Shown: positions 9,374-19,386, counted from the stretch's first letter. The stretch: 64,000 nucleotides of DNA from an uncultured Atopobium sp. (GCA_963518165.1 CAUQHX010000003.1:34480-98479); one strand, 5' to 3'. Notes: generated by a model not told the origin, from the sequence alone. Made by a program: numbers and translations.

Positions 9374-10354
9374 ATGGCTCCAAACGATCAATCTCTAGGC
9401 AACAACGAGCTAGGTGCCTGGAGGATTTTCTCGCTATTTATGCTGCTACTTCAAAAGGGACCTTTACCTTCGGCAGAGATTTATACGACGATTTACTCGG
9501 ATTTGTCTACTGATTCAGCTTCAAGAACGTTTTCAAGAAATCGCACTGTTTTAAAACAACTCGGGTTTGTAATTACTGAGGTAAAAACAGGAAAAGAAAA
9601 GTCGTTCTATCTTTCGGACTCAAATTTCTTTGATTCCTCGTATGACTTAAATCCTGGAGATGCCAATCAACTGCTTGTTATCTGCAGCGCAGTTCTCACT
9701 GATACAACTTTTGTGTACCAAGAGGAATTAAGAAACGCGCTTTCTAAAATTGTGGGCAACTTTTATTCCTCCGATTCAGACAAGCCAGAAAGCCAAAAAC
9801 TCAGTACTTCTTCTCAAAGCAAAGTCTTTCCTGTTCTCTATGAGTCCATCAGCTCTAAACAACAGGTAAAGGTCACGTATACAAACTCGCAAGAACAGGT
9901 CAAGCAGAAGCATCTTGGTATTCTGGACTTCTTTGTATCGCAGGGGCTTCTGTACTTTGTAGCTCAAGATTTTTCGTCCAACAGTGAGACTGCTTCGATC
10001 AAAACTTTTCGCGTTGACCGTGTCTTAGATGCTGAAATTCTTAAAGATGAGCACTTCTCCATTCCAGAAGATTTTGATTCAAATGACTATAACCTGCTTG
10101 ATTTCCAGCTCGGATCGCAAGCCGGCACTCTTACTGCGTTTGTCCCCAAAAACATATTCGCTGCTTTTGAGCATTTCTCGCAAGGTCAAGGCGATATTGA
10201 GCTTCTCCCTAATGGAGCTTTATGGACCGTTACCTACGCTCATGAAGACGCTGCTTTATCTTGGATTCTTGCTCATGGATTAATTCCAAGGTCTCCAGAG
10301 TCTCTTCTCGCAAAATGGAAAGAGTCTTTAAGCGAGGTTGCCAATGGCCATTAA
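9374..10354 (+). CDS. HTH-WYL transcriptional regulator (PafB-like)
   Basis: N-terminal RTFSRNRTVLKQLG (PafB RxFxRDxxxLxxLG-like), ALSKI and the WYL-region motif KTFRVDRV. SD GGGAGG. Confidence 0.8.
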   Translation: MAPNDQSLGNNELGAWRIFSLFMLLLQKGPLPSAEIYTTIYSDLSTDSASRTFSRNRTVLKQLGFVITEVKTGKEKSFYLSDSNFFDSSYDLNPGDANQLLVICSAVLTDTTFVYQEELRNALSKIVGNFYSSDSDKPESQKLSTSSQSKVFPVLYESISSKQQVKVTYTNSQEQVKQKHLGILDFFVSQGLLYFVAQDFSSNSETASIKTFRVDRVLDAEILKDEHFSIPEDFDSNDYNLLDFQLGSQAGTLTAFVPKNIFAAFEHFSQGQGDIELLPNGALWTVTYAHEDAALSWILAHGLIPRSPESLLAKWKESLSEVANGH

Positions 10355-11330
10355 AAACACCTCTTTTGGAAGAAAAAACATTTCTTCAGCCGTCTACAAA
10401 CTCGTGTTGCTTGCCACTGCATTTAGAAATTCTTTTGACGCGGTCGAGTTGAGTGCGGTCCAGTCGCGCTTTGGCATCTCCTCAAAAGAAGCTGCCATTC
10501 TGATGGAGCTCTTGCAGCTCACGGACGAGAATGGCTATCTTCCCCTCCCGCTTACTGGAGACCAAGATACTTTGACACTCGTTGGAGAGTCTCCGTTTAG
10601 AACTCGAAGGCTTGTCTTAACAGACGAAGAAACGTTAGCGCTTAAAGAGGCGTTTACAACACTCGACTTGCCCCAAGAAAGTGTATTTTGGAAACTTCTG
10701 AAGCCTCCCTATACAGCAAACTCTTCGTCAAATAATGCCTCAGTTTCACGTGTCTCTAAAAGTCATATTACAGAAGTAGATGCCTTCCTTACCTGCTCAA
10801 ATGCAATTGCGGAGTCACAAGTTATTTCATTTGAGTATCGTTCTGAGATAGCGTTTGAGGAAACTCAAAGCAATAAAGAAGCTATAGTCAGCCAAAGAGA
10901 TGTTCTTCCCTATCAATTGTCCTACGGGGAGAACGGCTGGCTTATCGAGGGAATTGATTTAGACCTCGAGCAGCAAAGGGTCTTTAGAGTCAATCGCATG
11001 AGCCACATTGAGGCCCGCCCCGCTTCATTGGAGCAGCTAAAACTTGCAGAAAAAGTAAAAGGGTCTTCTGCGCCGGAAAAATCGCAGTTAGTAGAGCTTG
11101 TCTTCCTTGATAAAGGTGCTCTTACGCACTATTCGTGGCCTGGCCTCACAACGGTTGGCGGTCAGCGCAATGCTATAGAAATTAGAGCAACTATCCCCTA
11201 TTACGGTGGAACATGGCTGCTACAACGCTTACTTGCCCTCAAAGGAAAAGTAACAACCAAAGACCAGACCGTGGTGCAGGCAATGCGTGCCTACGCTACA
11301 TCTCTACTTGCTGCAGAAGAGCAACTTTAA
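10344..11330 (+). CDS. HTH-WYL transcriptional regulator (PafC-like)
   Basis: LTDEETLAL, RDVLPYQL, RVFRVNRM and WLLQRLL. Its start overlaps the end of the upstream WYL gene. Confidence 0.8.
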   Translation: MAIKNTSFGRKNISSAVYKLVLLATAFRNSFDAVELSAVQSRFGISSKEAAILMELLQLTDENGYLPLPLTGDQDTLTLVGESPFRTRRLVLTDEETLALKEAFTTLDLPQESVFWKLLKPPYTANSSSNNASVSRVSKSHITEVDAFLTCSNAIAESQVISFEYRSEIAFEETQSNKEAIVSQRDVLPYQLSYGENGWLIEGIDLDLEQQRVFRVNRMSHIEARPASLEQLKLAEKVKGSSAPEKSQLVELVFLDKGALTHYSWPGLTTVGGQRNAIEIRATIPYYGGTWLLQRLLALKGKVTTKDQTVVQAMRAYATSLLAAEEQL

Positions 11331-11355
11331 GCCAATTAGGAAGCTGTTAGTACTG

Positions 11356-14300
11356 CTACGCGTCGTGTTCTTCTCGCCACTTGGCAATTTGCTCGGAGAT
11401 GTCCTTTGTCGAGACGCGCTGGCAGTTCTTGTTGGGCAATGACTTCAAGAACGAGCTGCCATATCGCTTGGACACAAGCCTGGAATCGGCAAGCACCAAA
11501 ACGCCCTTATCCTCAGCGCTCCTGATAAGGCGGCCAGCAGCCTGTTTGGTTGCAATTACCGCCTCTGGCAGAGAATAGCGCCACCACGCACGGTCTTCTC
11601 GTGCCTCACGCTCTTTGACCAGCGGCTCGTTAGGACTTGCAAACGGAAGCTTAGGGATTACCACGCACCTCAGCGTATCTCCCGCAGCGTCAAAGCCCTC
11701 CCAGAACGATTTAAGAGCAAACAGCGAGAGGTTCTTCTCGGCTAGGAACTTTTCACGAACGCGTCGCGCGGAAGAAGATCGCTCCTGGCAGGCAAGGTTA
11801 AGGCCATGCTCACTCAAACGAGGCTCAAGCGCTTCAAAGAGACGCTCCATATCGCGTCTGTTAGTGAAGAGCGTCAGCACCGAGCCGCCCATCTGAACAT
11901 GAACGTCGTACAGCAGCTTTTCCAAAGCGTCCAAGTAGCCTGGATCAGTTGGCGCAGGCATATCCTCAGCCACAAAGACGCCCATATGATTCTCGTAATC
12001 AAAGCTTGACTCTAAGTGCAGGCTCTTGTGCTCAAAGGAGCCTCTATCCAGGCCAACAGCGTGCTCAAAATGAGAGAAATCATCTCCAACAGCAATGGTT
12101 GCTGAGGTAAACACAACAGAGTGCGTCTCCGGCAGCCACTTCTCTGCCAGCTCTGCTCCAATATCAAGCTTCTCGGCCATAAGGGCTTCAGAGCCAATGT
12201 CGCGTTTTAGTCGGGTTAACTTGGCTGAATAGACGTAGCTCTTGTCCGTTCCCTCACAGATGAGCTTCAGTGAATCCAGAAGGGTACTCAAGAAGACCCC
12301 AGCATCGCTCAAGTTGCTTGCAAGGTTTGGTGCCGATGCGACAAGCGCATCGGTGGCTTTTCCTATTCGAAGAGCAGCTTCTTCAAGAGCAGATAGAGCA
12401 ACGGAAGCGGTCTCTAAGACTTCTTTCCATTCCTCTGTCTCTCTTACCTCGTCATTGATCCAAAGCTGAAGGGAGTTATAACCACCATCACTTTTAGCCA
12501 ACGGAGCCAGCTCATGCACAGTGGCCATAAGGTTGCCCATTGCTGCCATGGCTCGCTGAACTGCGGCGGCAGAGCGCGTGAGAAGCCCCGTGAGCAGCGT
12601 AGAGTCCTCAAGGTTGGCAGCGCCCACCATAGCGGCGTGGATAGCGCCAGACTTGATGCCTCCGAGCAGCTCAAAGCCGTTTCGCATCTCTTTGGCAGAG
12701 ATTTCTACTGCCCACTGACGGCGAGCTTCAGCTTCAAAACCATGAGCCTCATCGATTACCCAATGCCTGATAGGAGGCAGAATTTTACCGTCAGCAGCAA
12801 CGTTTCTGAGCAACAGAGAGTGGTTGGTCACCACAACATCTGAAGACCCTGCACGTTTACGAGCTCCATGAACAAAGCACTCGTGAGGGTAATATGGGCA
12901 CTTGGAGCGCAGACACTCTGCAGCCTTGATAGTGACCATCTCTCGCGGAACCGAGCGCCAACGAATACCCAGCGCATCCAAGTCGCCGTCGGCTGACTGG
13001 CATGCGTACGCATAAATCACCGCAATTGCGGTCAGCATGTCAGACGCAACGCTATTGCTAGAGCGACCTTCTTGGTCGATGAGCGTCAGCGGAAGCTCTT
13101 CAAGGGCAGCTCTATCAACACGATGCAAGCACGGATAATGCTCGTACCCCTTTAAGCTGCAAAAACTCAACCCGTTAGGAAGCGCCTTCGCAAGCGCTGG
13201 AAGGTCGTGTGCAACAAGCTGGTCAGTCAGTGCGTTTGTCTTTGTAGCAATACCTACGGTAACGTCGTTTTTCTGCGCAAAAAGTACCTCAGGCAGCAGA
13301 TATGCAATTGACTTGCCAATGCCAGTTCCGGCTTCAAGCTCTCTATGCGAAGAAGTGACCAGCGCATTTCTGACCTCAACGGACATGCTAACTTGCTCAC
13401 TGCGCGTCTCAAATTTGTCATACATCTGTGAAACGACGCCCGGCTTAGCAAATGCCCGATGAATCTCGTCCTTAGAAATCGGCAGCATAGCAGGCGTCTC
13501 TGGGTCATCCGCATCCCTTCTCGCCTTTGCTTTTATGTCGGCAACAAGCTGGCTACGAATGTCCTTGAGCGAGAAGAACGTGCCCGAAATCTCCGCGTCT
13601 GCAAGCTCGGCTCCTGTTGCGTCTTCTTTTGCAACACCGTGCTGAACAGCCTCTTCTTCTTTCATCTTTGACAAATACGAGAAGATCGGCCTAAATGTCC
13701 ACTCCACTCCATCGTGCATTGACGCCAGTTTGGCGAGAAGACCACGGGGCAGATTCATAAGTCCCAAAAGCAAGATGCGCCACATCTCACAAAGAGCATC
13801 TACGTCGTCACTTGCGCGATGCGTAACCTTCATGGTGCCAAACGCTTCTGCCATGCTGGAAAGCTTGTGTGAAGAAAGTCGAGGTAGAGCTATGCGTGAA
13901 AGTGACAGCGTATCAATCCAGGTATCGGAGACTGAAGTTCCACCAGATACCCGCTCAATAAACGTGCGGTCAAAGGTAGCGTTATGTGCCAAAACTGGAA
14001 GTCCGCCAACAAACTCTGCAAGGGCCGCAACAGCTTCTTTTGCGCTTGGCGCACCCTTAACGTCTGCGTCGGTAATTGAGGTCAGAGCAGTAATTTCTTC
14101 GGGAATTGAACACCCCGGGTCAACAAACGTCTGAAAGCGCTCCACAATCTCTCTACCGCTCAACTTAGCAGCAGAAATCTCAATAAGAGAGCATTTCTTA
14201 AAGGACAGACCTGTTGTTTCGGTATCCAAAACAACAATGTCATCCTCTAAGACATCAAACGACTCATGCTCCGCCCTCTCTGCAAGCTCCAAATATTTTT

Positions 14301-14373
14301 TACGAACTGCAGAGGGGGTGCCTGGAAGAATGAGTTCTTCTAGCTTTTGCGTAGCGCTTTTAGTGCTGGCCAT
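11356..14373 (-). CDS. dinG: DinG family helicase with N-terminal DEDDh 3'-5' exonuclease
   Basis: LDTETTG, AHNATFD and HRASDD (exonuclease). EAGTGIGKS, DEAH, SAT, FWEGFD and QAAGRLIR (helicase). Four Cys consistent with an Fe-S cluster. Confidence 0.92.
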   Translation of the reverse strand: MASTKSATQKLEELILPGTPSAVRKKYLELAERAEHESFDVLEDDIVVLDTETTGLSFKKCSLIEISAAKLSGREIVERFQTFVDPGCSIPEEITALTSITDADVKGAPSAKEAVAALAEFVGGLPVLAHNATFDRTFIERVSGGTSVSDTWIDTLSLSRIALPRLSSHKLSSMAEAFGTMKVTHRASDDVDALCEMWRILLLGLMNLPRGLLAKLASMHDGVEWTFRPIFSYLSKMKEEEAVQHGVAKEDATGAELADAEISGTFFSLKDIRSQLVADIKAKARRDADDPETPAMLPISKDEIHRAFAKPGVVSQMYDKFETRSEQVSMSVEVRNALVTSSHRELEAGTGIGKSIAYLLPEVLFAQKNDVTVGIATKTNALTDQLVAHDLPALAKALPNGLSFCSLKGYEHYPCLHRVDRAALEELPLTLIDQEGRSSNSVASDMLTAIAVIYAYACQSADGDLDALGIRWRSVPREMVTIKAAECLRSKCPYYPHECFVHGARKRAGSSDVVVTNHSLLLRNVAADGKILPPIRHWVIDEAHGFEAEARRQWAVEISAKEMRNGFELLGGIKSGAIHAAMVGAANLEDSTLLTGLLTRSAAAVQRAMAAMGNLMATVHELAPLAKSDGGYNSLQLWINDEVRETEEWKEVLETASVALSALEEAALRIGKATDALVASAPNLASNLSDAGVFLSTLLDSLKLICEGTDKSYVYSAKLTRLKRDIGSEALMAEKLDIGAELAEKWLPETHSVVFTSATIAVGDDFSHFEHAVGLDRGSFEHKSLHLESSFDYENHMGVFVAEDMPAPTDPGYLDALEKLLYDVHVQMGGSVLTLFTNRRDMERLFEALEPRLSEHGLNLACQERSSSARRVREKFLAEKNLSLFALKSFWEGFDAAGDTLRCVVIPKLPFASPNEPLVKEREAREDRAWWRYSLPEAVIATKQAAGRLIRSAEDKGVLVLADSRLVSKRYGSSFLKSLPNKNCQRVSTKDISEQIAKWREEHDA

Positions 14374-14384
14374 AACCTACAAAT

Positions 14385-15344
14385 CTACTGACGATCCTCA
14401 AGCGCAAACTCAATAAAGCGAGTGCAGAGCTCAGGGAAATCAATGCCACCGGTGCGAGCAGAATCTGGCAGCAAAGAACGTGCGGTCATGCCAGGAATGG
14501 TATTTGTTTCAAGTACCACTGGCACACCGTCCTCCGTAACAATAAAGTCACTACGAGAAACGCCGCGGCAACCAAGTGCATTGTGAGCCTTAATTGCCAG
14601 CTCCTGAGCGCGTGCGTACACCGCAGGCTCAAGACGAGCAGGAATCACATGGTGCAGGGATGCAGGCTCGTATTTTGTCTTAATGCTGTAGAACTCATCA
14701 CCGGTAACAATTTCAACGATTGGTAGAGCGGTTGGGTTCTCGTTGCCAATAACAGGAACGGTGATCTCTGTTCCCGCTATGCTCTCTTCAATCAGAATGC
14801 GCTCACCCTGTTCACCTGCAAGTTCTAGTGCAGCAGGAAGCTCTTCTCGCGAAGCAACGCGTGTGACGCCATAGCTGGAGCCGTTGCCAGAAGGCTTTAC
14901 AAACATAGGAAGACCGAGGTCCTCAATAAGCTTGTCTACCTGCTCATCTGTAAAGACGGTACCTGCAGGAACGTCAATTCCCTTAGGCGTTGGAACTCCT
15001 GCCTGCCTATACATAAGCTTTGACAGCTCTTTTTCAGTTCCCATGGCAGACGCAAGAACGCCAGAAAACGTGTAAGGAATGTGCAGAATCTCGAGAAGAC
15101 CCTGGATGCAGCCATCCTCGCCAAAACGACCGTGCATAGCAACGTATACGACATCATAACCACCCTGAGCAAGGGTAACTACAAAGTCTTTTTCTGCAAC
15201 ATCTAGCAGGTCAACACTGGTAAATCCAGCCTCTTTAAGTGCTGCTGCACACTGCTTGCCAGACTCCATGGCAATCTCGTGCTCGTCTGACCAACCGCCT
15301 GAAACAACTGCTACATGAAGCTTTTTGAGCTCTTCACGTGTCAT
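14385..15344 (-). CDS. ddl: D-alanine--D-alanine ligase
   Basis: GGWSDEHE, HGRFGEDG, KPSGNGSSYG and ETNTIPG. SD GAAGGAG precedes ATG 15344. Confidence 0.95.
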   Translation of the reverse strand: MTREELKKLHVAVVSGGWSDEHEIAMESGKQCAAALKEAGFTSVDLLDVAEKDFVVTLAQGGYDVVYVAMHGRFGEDGCIQGLLEILHIPYTFSGVLASAMGTEKELSKLMYRQAGVPTPKGIDVPAGTVFTDEQVDKLIEDLGLPMFVKPSGNGSSYGVTRVASREELPAALELAGEQGERILIEESIAGTEITVPVIGNENPTALPIVEIVTGDEFYSIKTKYEPASLHHVIPARLEPAVYARAQELAIKAHNALGCRGVSRSDFIVTEDGVPVVLETNTIPGMTARSLLPDSARTGGIDFPELCTRFIEFALEDRQ

Positions 15345-15443
15345 TTCCGCTCCTTCAGATAAGTCTCCCATAGGGTAAACTCTAGTAAACGTATTTCTTC
15401 TAAGATACCGCAGATAGCTTAGAAGAGTTGGAGAAGGACAAAA

Positions 15444-16562
15444 ATGCAATCAAATAATACTCTTGACGGCACAAACACCACGGTTGACGGTGCAAACACT
15501 TCCGCGCCCGATTCTCGCCCACAGAAAGCTGCCGCTAAATCTGACCTCAGAAGTCTTTCATCAGAGCAAATCCTTGAGCTGGTTACTTCACTCGGCCAGC
15601 CAAAATTCCGCGCTAAACAGATTGAGGAGTGGATTTGGTCTAAAGGTGCCACCTCTTTTGATCAGATGAGCAATCTTCCAAAAACATTGCGAGAAGAACT
15701 GTCTAAGCAGGTAACTCTTGCTGGTGCTGAGCAGATTGTTCGTCAGGTTTCTGAAGATGGAAGCCGTAAATACCTGCTTCGCTACCCTGATGGCACCTCT
15801 GTTGAGTGCGTTGGTATGCCAAGCGGCAACAAGCTCTCAGTCTGTGCTTCCACGCAGGCGGGCTGCGCCATGGGGTGCGCTTTCTGCGCTACGGGTGCTG
15901 CCGGCCTCACTCGTTCCCTTTCGGCAAGCGAAATCTACGAGCAGGTTATGCATGTCCGTGACGACTTTGACGCGCGCGTTACCAGTGTTGTTCTCATGGG
16001 CCAGGGTGAGCCTTTTATGAACTACGACGCCACTCTTGCAGCCATGAGACGCCTCAACTCCCCCGATGGAGCTGGCATTGGTGCTCGCCATATCACGGTA
16101 TCTACCTGCGGTGTTATTCCAATGATTAAGCGTTTTGCCTCTGAACCAGAGCAATTCACACTTGCCGTTTCGCTTCACTCCGCAGTTCAAAAGACACGCG
16201 ATTCTCTTATGCCTGGAGTACGTAAGTACTCGCTTATTCACCTGTATGACATCATGGGAGAATATGTCGATAAGACCGGTCGACGTCCAACGTATGAATA
16301 TGCGCTGATTAAGGGCGTTAATGATTCCGACAATGAGCTTGGCGCCCTAAGAGACTTCTGTCGAGGAACACTCTGCCACGTCAACATCATCCAGCTTAAC
16401 GAGATTGAGGGCTCAAAATTCCATCCAACTTCCCCTGCTCGTGCTCAGGAGTTTGTAAACAGCCTTAACTCTGTTGGTGTTGAAGCAACTATTCGTCTTT
16501 CTCGAGGATCTGATATTGATGCAGCTTGCGGCCAGCTTTTCCAGAAAAGGAACGCACGCTAA
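15444..16562 (+). CDS. rlmN: 23S rRNA m2A2503/tRNA methyltransferase RlmN
   Basis: Radical SAM motif CAMGCAFC, MGQGEP and IDAACGQL. Confidence 0.95.
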   Translation: MQSNNTLDGTNTTVDGANTSAPDSRPQKAAAKSDLRSLSSEQILELVTSLGQPKFRAKQIEEWIWSKGATSFDQMSNLPKTLREELSKQVTLAGAEQIVRQVSEDGSRKYLLRYPDGTSVECVGMPSGNKLSVCASTQAGCAMGCAFCATGAAGLTRSLSASEIYEQVMHVRDDFDARVTSVVLMGQGEPFMNYDATLAAMRRLNSPDGAGIGARHITVSTCGVIPMIKRFASEPEQFTLAVSLHSAVQKTRDSLMPGVRKYSLIHLYDIMGEYVDKTGRRPTYEYALIKGVNDSDNELGALRDFCRGTLCHVNIIQLNEIEGSKFHPTSPARAQEFVNSLNSVGVEATIRLSRGSDIDAACGQLFQKRNAR

Positions 16563-16614
16563 ACATCGCTTATATAGACAGTACTCATATCAAAACTTTT
16601 CATGCACTCAATGC

Positions 16615-16648
16615 AAAGAAAGGGGTCCCTGAGGACCCCTTTCTTTTT
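16615..16648. terminator. bidirectional terminator
   Basis: AAAGAAAGGGGTCC-CTGA-GGACCCCTTTCTTTTT. Confidence 0.8.
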
Positions 16649-16671
16649 AGTTAATATATAGAACGTATGTT

Positions 16672-16911
16672 CTATTGAATTGCGTTTAACCATTCTTTTT
16701 CCACCCGTGCTTGGTGAGAAAGAATGTTTTTCGCGCTTTTGCGATTACCGCTGCCTGAATAGTCATCAAGAATTGCATCGAGCGCTCTTCTCGACTTTCT
16801 CATCGCATGAAGGAAGCTTCTCTGCGCCTCTTTAGTCAACAAAGCATGTTTGGCGAGAAAAGCTATTCCTAGTAATGAGATGCTGGATATAATTGCAAAC
16901 TTTATCTTCAT
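16672..16911 (-). CDS. small protein with N-terminal hydrophobic anchor, coupled to parB
   Basis: ATG overlaps the parB TAA (TAATG). N-terminus is KIKFAIISSISLLGIAFLA. Confidence 0.6.
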   Translation of the reverse strand: MKIKFAIISSISLLGIAFLAKHALLTKEAQRSFLHAMRKSRRALDAILDDYSGSGNRKSAKNILSHQARVEKEWLNAIQ

Positions 16912-17771
16912 TATGCTTCTTTAACGTTTGAGAGCTTTTCCACTAGTGCAGCAAGTTCATCCTCGTCATTGAATTCGATTTCAATCTTATTCTTGCCGCG
17001 GACATTTCGTACTTTAACTGGAGTGTCCAAAGCAATCCTTAGTTGCCTTGCCGCACGCTTATATGCCTGTGGAGTTGGCTGCCTTTTTGGTTTCTCAACA
17101 TTTGTGACAGAAAATAGTGGAGCAAGATTTTCTGTCTGACGAACCGACAAATTCTCTTCGATTACTTTCTGGGCAAGCTTAATTCTTCCTTCTTTTCCGC
17201 TTACAGAAAGAATCGCACGGGCATGTCCAGCGCTAATACGTCCCTCCGCCATTAGAGTTTGAACTTCTGTTGGAAGGTCAAGTAGACGAAGAGTGTTTGT
17301 GATTGCAGACCTAGACTTAGACAATACTTTGGCTAAGTCATCTTGGGTTAAGTTTTCTTGTTTGATTAACTGCTTATAGCCTTGAGCTTCTTCGATTGGA
17401 CTTAAGTCAGATCTCTGTAGATTCTCAATCAAAGCTAACTTAAATACTTCCTCATCGGAAATTACCTTAATTACTACAGGTACTTCCTCTAATTGTGCCA
17501 GCTTTGCAGCCTGAAAGCGTCTCTCGCCGGCAACAATCTCATAATGATCGCCCTTCTCGCGAACAAGAAGCGGCTGGAGAATACCGTTTTGCTTAATAGA
17601 ATCACTAAGTTCGGCAAGTTCAGCTTCATCAAAACGCTTACGAGGCTGATCTTTATTCGGCTTAATCTTTTTCAAGGAAAGTGTTGTAGCCTCTTTTTTA
17701 TTACCTACCTCTGCATCTACCTCGCTAAAGAGTGAGTTAAGGCCCTTACCAAGTCCTGATTTTTTAACCAC
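16911..17771 (-). CDS. parB: chromosome partitioning protein ParB
   Basis: GLGKGL, QPRKRF, AGERRFQA, ENLQRSDL and the HTH KSRSAITNTLRLL. Confidence 0.97.
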   Translation of the reverse strand: MVKKSGLGKGLNSLFSEVDAEVGNKKEATTLSLKKIKPNKDQPRKRFDEAELAELSDSIKQNGILQPLLVREKGDHYEIVAGERRFQAAKLAQLEEVPVVIKVISDEEVFKLALIENLQRSDLSPIEEAQGYKQLIKQENLTQDDLAKVLSKSRSAITNTLRLLDLPTEVQTLMAEGRISAGHARAILSVSGKEGRIKLAQKVIEENLSVRQTENLAPLFSVTNVEKPKRQPTPQAYKRAARQLRIALDTPVKVRNVRGKNKIEIEFNDEDELAALVEKLSNVKEA

Positions 17772-18564
17772 GACGATTCACTTCCTTTGCAAGTTTATTG
17801 TATGCAAGAGCGCCCATACTAATTCGGGCATACATGGTTACTGGCAAACCATGACTTGGTGCTTCAGCAATTTTGACATTTCTTGGAATAAGCGTCTTGA
17901 ATACCTTGTTGCCAAAGTAATTTGAAACCTCATTTACAACCTGTTTAGATAGGGAAGTTCTGCTATCAAACATAGTCATTACGACACCAAAGATATCAAG
18001 ATCAGGATTGAGCTGCTTTTGAACCATCTTCATTGATTCAACAATCTTAGTTACGCCCTCAAGTGCATAATATTCGCACTGAATTGGAATAAGAATGCTG
18101 TTTGCCGCTACTAAAGCATTAATTGTTAAAAGACCTAGCGATGGTGGGCAATCAATCAAAATGTAGTCAAAGTACTCTTTAACCTGGTCAATTGCCTGCT
18201 TTAATATGTTTTCTCTTGATTCCACAGAGACAAGTTCAATTTCTGCACCAGCAAGTTGAATGGTAGCGGGAGCAATAGTCACATACTTTTGAACTGTTTG
18301 TTGTAATACGTCTTCAAGTGGCGTTTCGTTGAGGATTACATCATAGATATCAGCTTCTAGTTCCTCTTTATCAATTCCAAATCCACTTGTTGCATTACCT
18401 TGTGGGTCAAAATCGATAATTAGAACCTTCTTTTTTGTTTCTCCTAGCGCTGCTGCAAGATTAATTACGGTAGTTGATTTTCCAACTCCGCCTTTTTGAT
18501 TAATTACAGCAAGTACTTTAGGATCTCTATCTTGAAATCCCCTCGAAAGGTCTTTGTAGCTCAT
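17764..18564 (-). CDS. parA: chromosome partitioning ATPase ParA/Soj
   Basis: NQKGGVGKSTT, DPQGNAT, DCPPSLG and EAPSHG. Confidence 0.97.
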   Translation of the reverse strand: MSYKDLSRGFQDRDPKVLAVINQKGGVGKSTTVINLAAALGETKKKVLIIDFDPQGNATSGFGIDKEELEADIYDVILNETPLEDVLQQTVQKYVTIAPATIQLAGAEIELVSVESRENILKQAIDQVKEYFDYILIDCPPSLGLLTINALVAANSILIPIQCEYYALEGVTKIVESMKMVQKQLNPDLDIFGVVMTMFDSRTSLSKQVVNEVSNYFGNKVFKTLIPRNVKIAEAPSHGLPVTMYARISMGALAYNKLAKEVNRRG

Positions 18565-18603
18565 TTATCCTCCGTTTGACCAAGTTTATTTAATAATACA
18601 GAA

Positions 18604-18619
18604 TGTTTCACGTGAAACA
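18604..18619. promoter_or_regulatory. parS site
   Basis: Perfect palindrome TGTTTCACGTGAAACA between rsmG and parA. Confidence 0.95.
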
Positions 18620-18627
18620 TTCCACAA

Positions 18628-19386
18628 TTAGTCTCTTCTTGCAACAAACGGATTTGATTTAGCCATTCCGGTTTTTCTCGGTAGTTTAATTTTGCTTTTC
18701 CCAACTTTTCTATAAAGAAGAATTTCACGATGACCAAGGTCGTTTGGTAATTCAAATGTTTCACGTGAAACATTTTCATACCCAAAAATTTTGGCTGCCT
18801 GAGAGGCGTCCTGAAGCTCTATCTCATCAACGTTGGCCTTCATTACTATGAGGGTACCATGTGAAGCTAAGAAAGGCTCTGCGTACTCCAAAAGAATATT
18901 TGTCTTTGCAACAGCTCTGAAAGTAACAAAATCAAACTTCTGCTTGTAATCATTTTGAATTTCTTCAGCACGAAGCTTTTCAGCTCTAACTCTCTCACCA
19001 AGACCAATCTCATCGATCATTGACTGTACCGCATTTATCTTTTTTCCAATGGAATCAACCAGCAATGTTTTATTGTTGCACATGATTGCGAGAGGTAGTC
19101 CTGGAAAACCTCCACCGGTACCAATATCAATATAGTTTTGAGCTCCAGATGTGAACTCATTACACACTTTGAGTGGTAATAAAGAATCAAGTATATGAAG
19201 AACCAGTGCATCGTCAATTGAAGTGATTCTTGTAAGGTTGAGGTTTTTATTAATCTCAATTAGCAATTCAATGTGCTTGAGAAGCTGTCTTCTTTGAGTT
19301 TCAGTTGAATCGATTCCATAGGTAAGGAGAAGTTCCTTAAGTACATTCTCTTTTGAATCGTATAAAGACTTCTCAGCTTCAGACAT
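18628..19386 (-). CDS. rsmG: 16S rRNA m7G527 methyltransferase RsmG
   Basis: LNLTRI, HILDSL, DIGTGGGFPG and FRAVA. SD AGGAG precedes ATG 19386. Confidence 0.95.
   Translation of the reverse strand: MSEAEKSLYDSKENVLKELLLTYGIDSTETQRRQLLKHIELLIEINKNLNLTRITSIDDALVLHILDSLLPLKVCNEFTSGAQNYIDIGTGGGFPGLPLAIMCNNKTLLVDSIGKKINAVQSMIDEIGLGERVRAEKLRAEEIQNDYKQKFDFVTFRAVAKTNILLEYAEPFLASHGTLIVMKANVDEIELQDASQAAKIFGYENVSRETFELPNDLGHREILLYRKVGKSKIKLPRKTGMAKSNPFVARRD
18757..18772. promoter_or_regulatory. parS site within rsmG
   Basis: Second perfect TGTTTCACGTGAAACA. Confidence 0.92.

Noticed and set aside
14385..15344. ddl as a D-Ala-D-Lac/Van ligase
   Set aside because: The omega loop reads KTKY (Tyr), and there is no vanH or vanX.
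15444..16562. Radical SAM methyltransferase as Cfr
   Set aside because: Chromosomal core context and ordinary RlmN motifs, with no mobile context.
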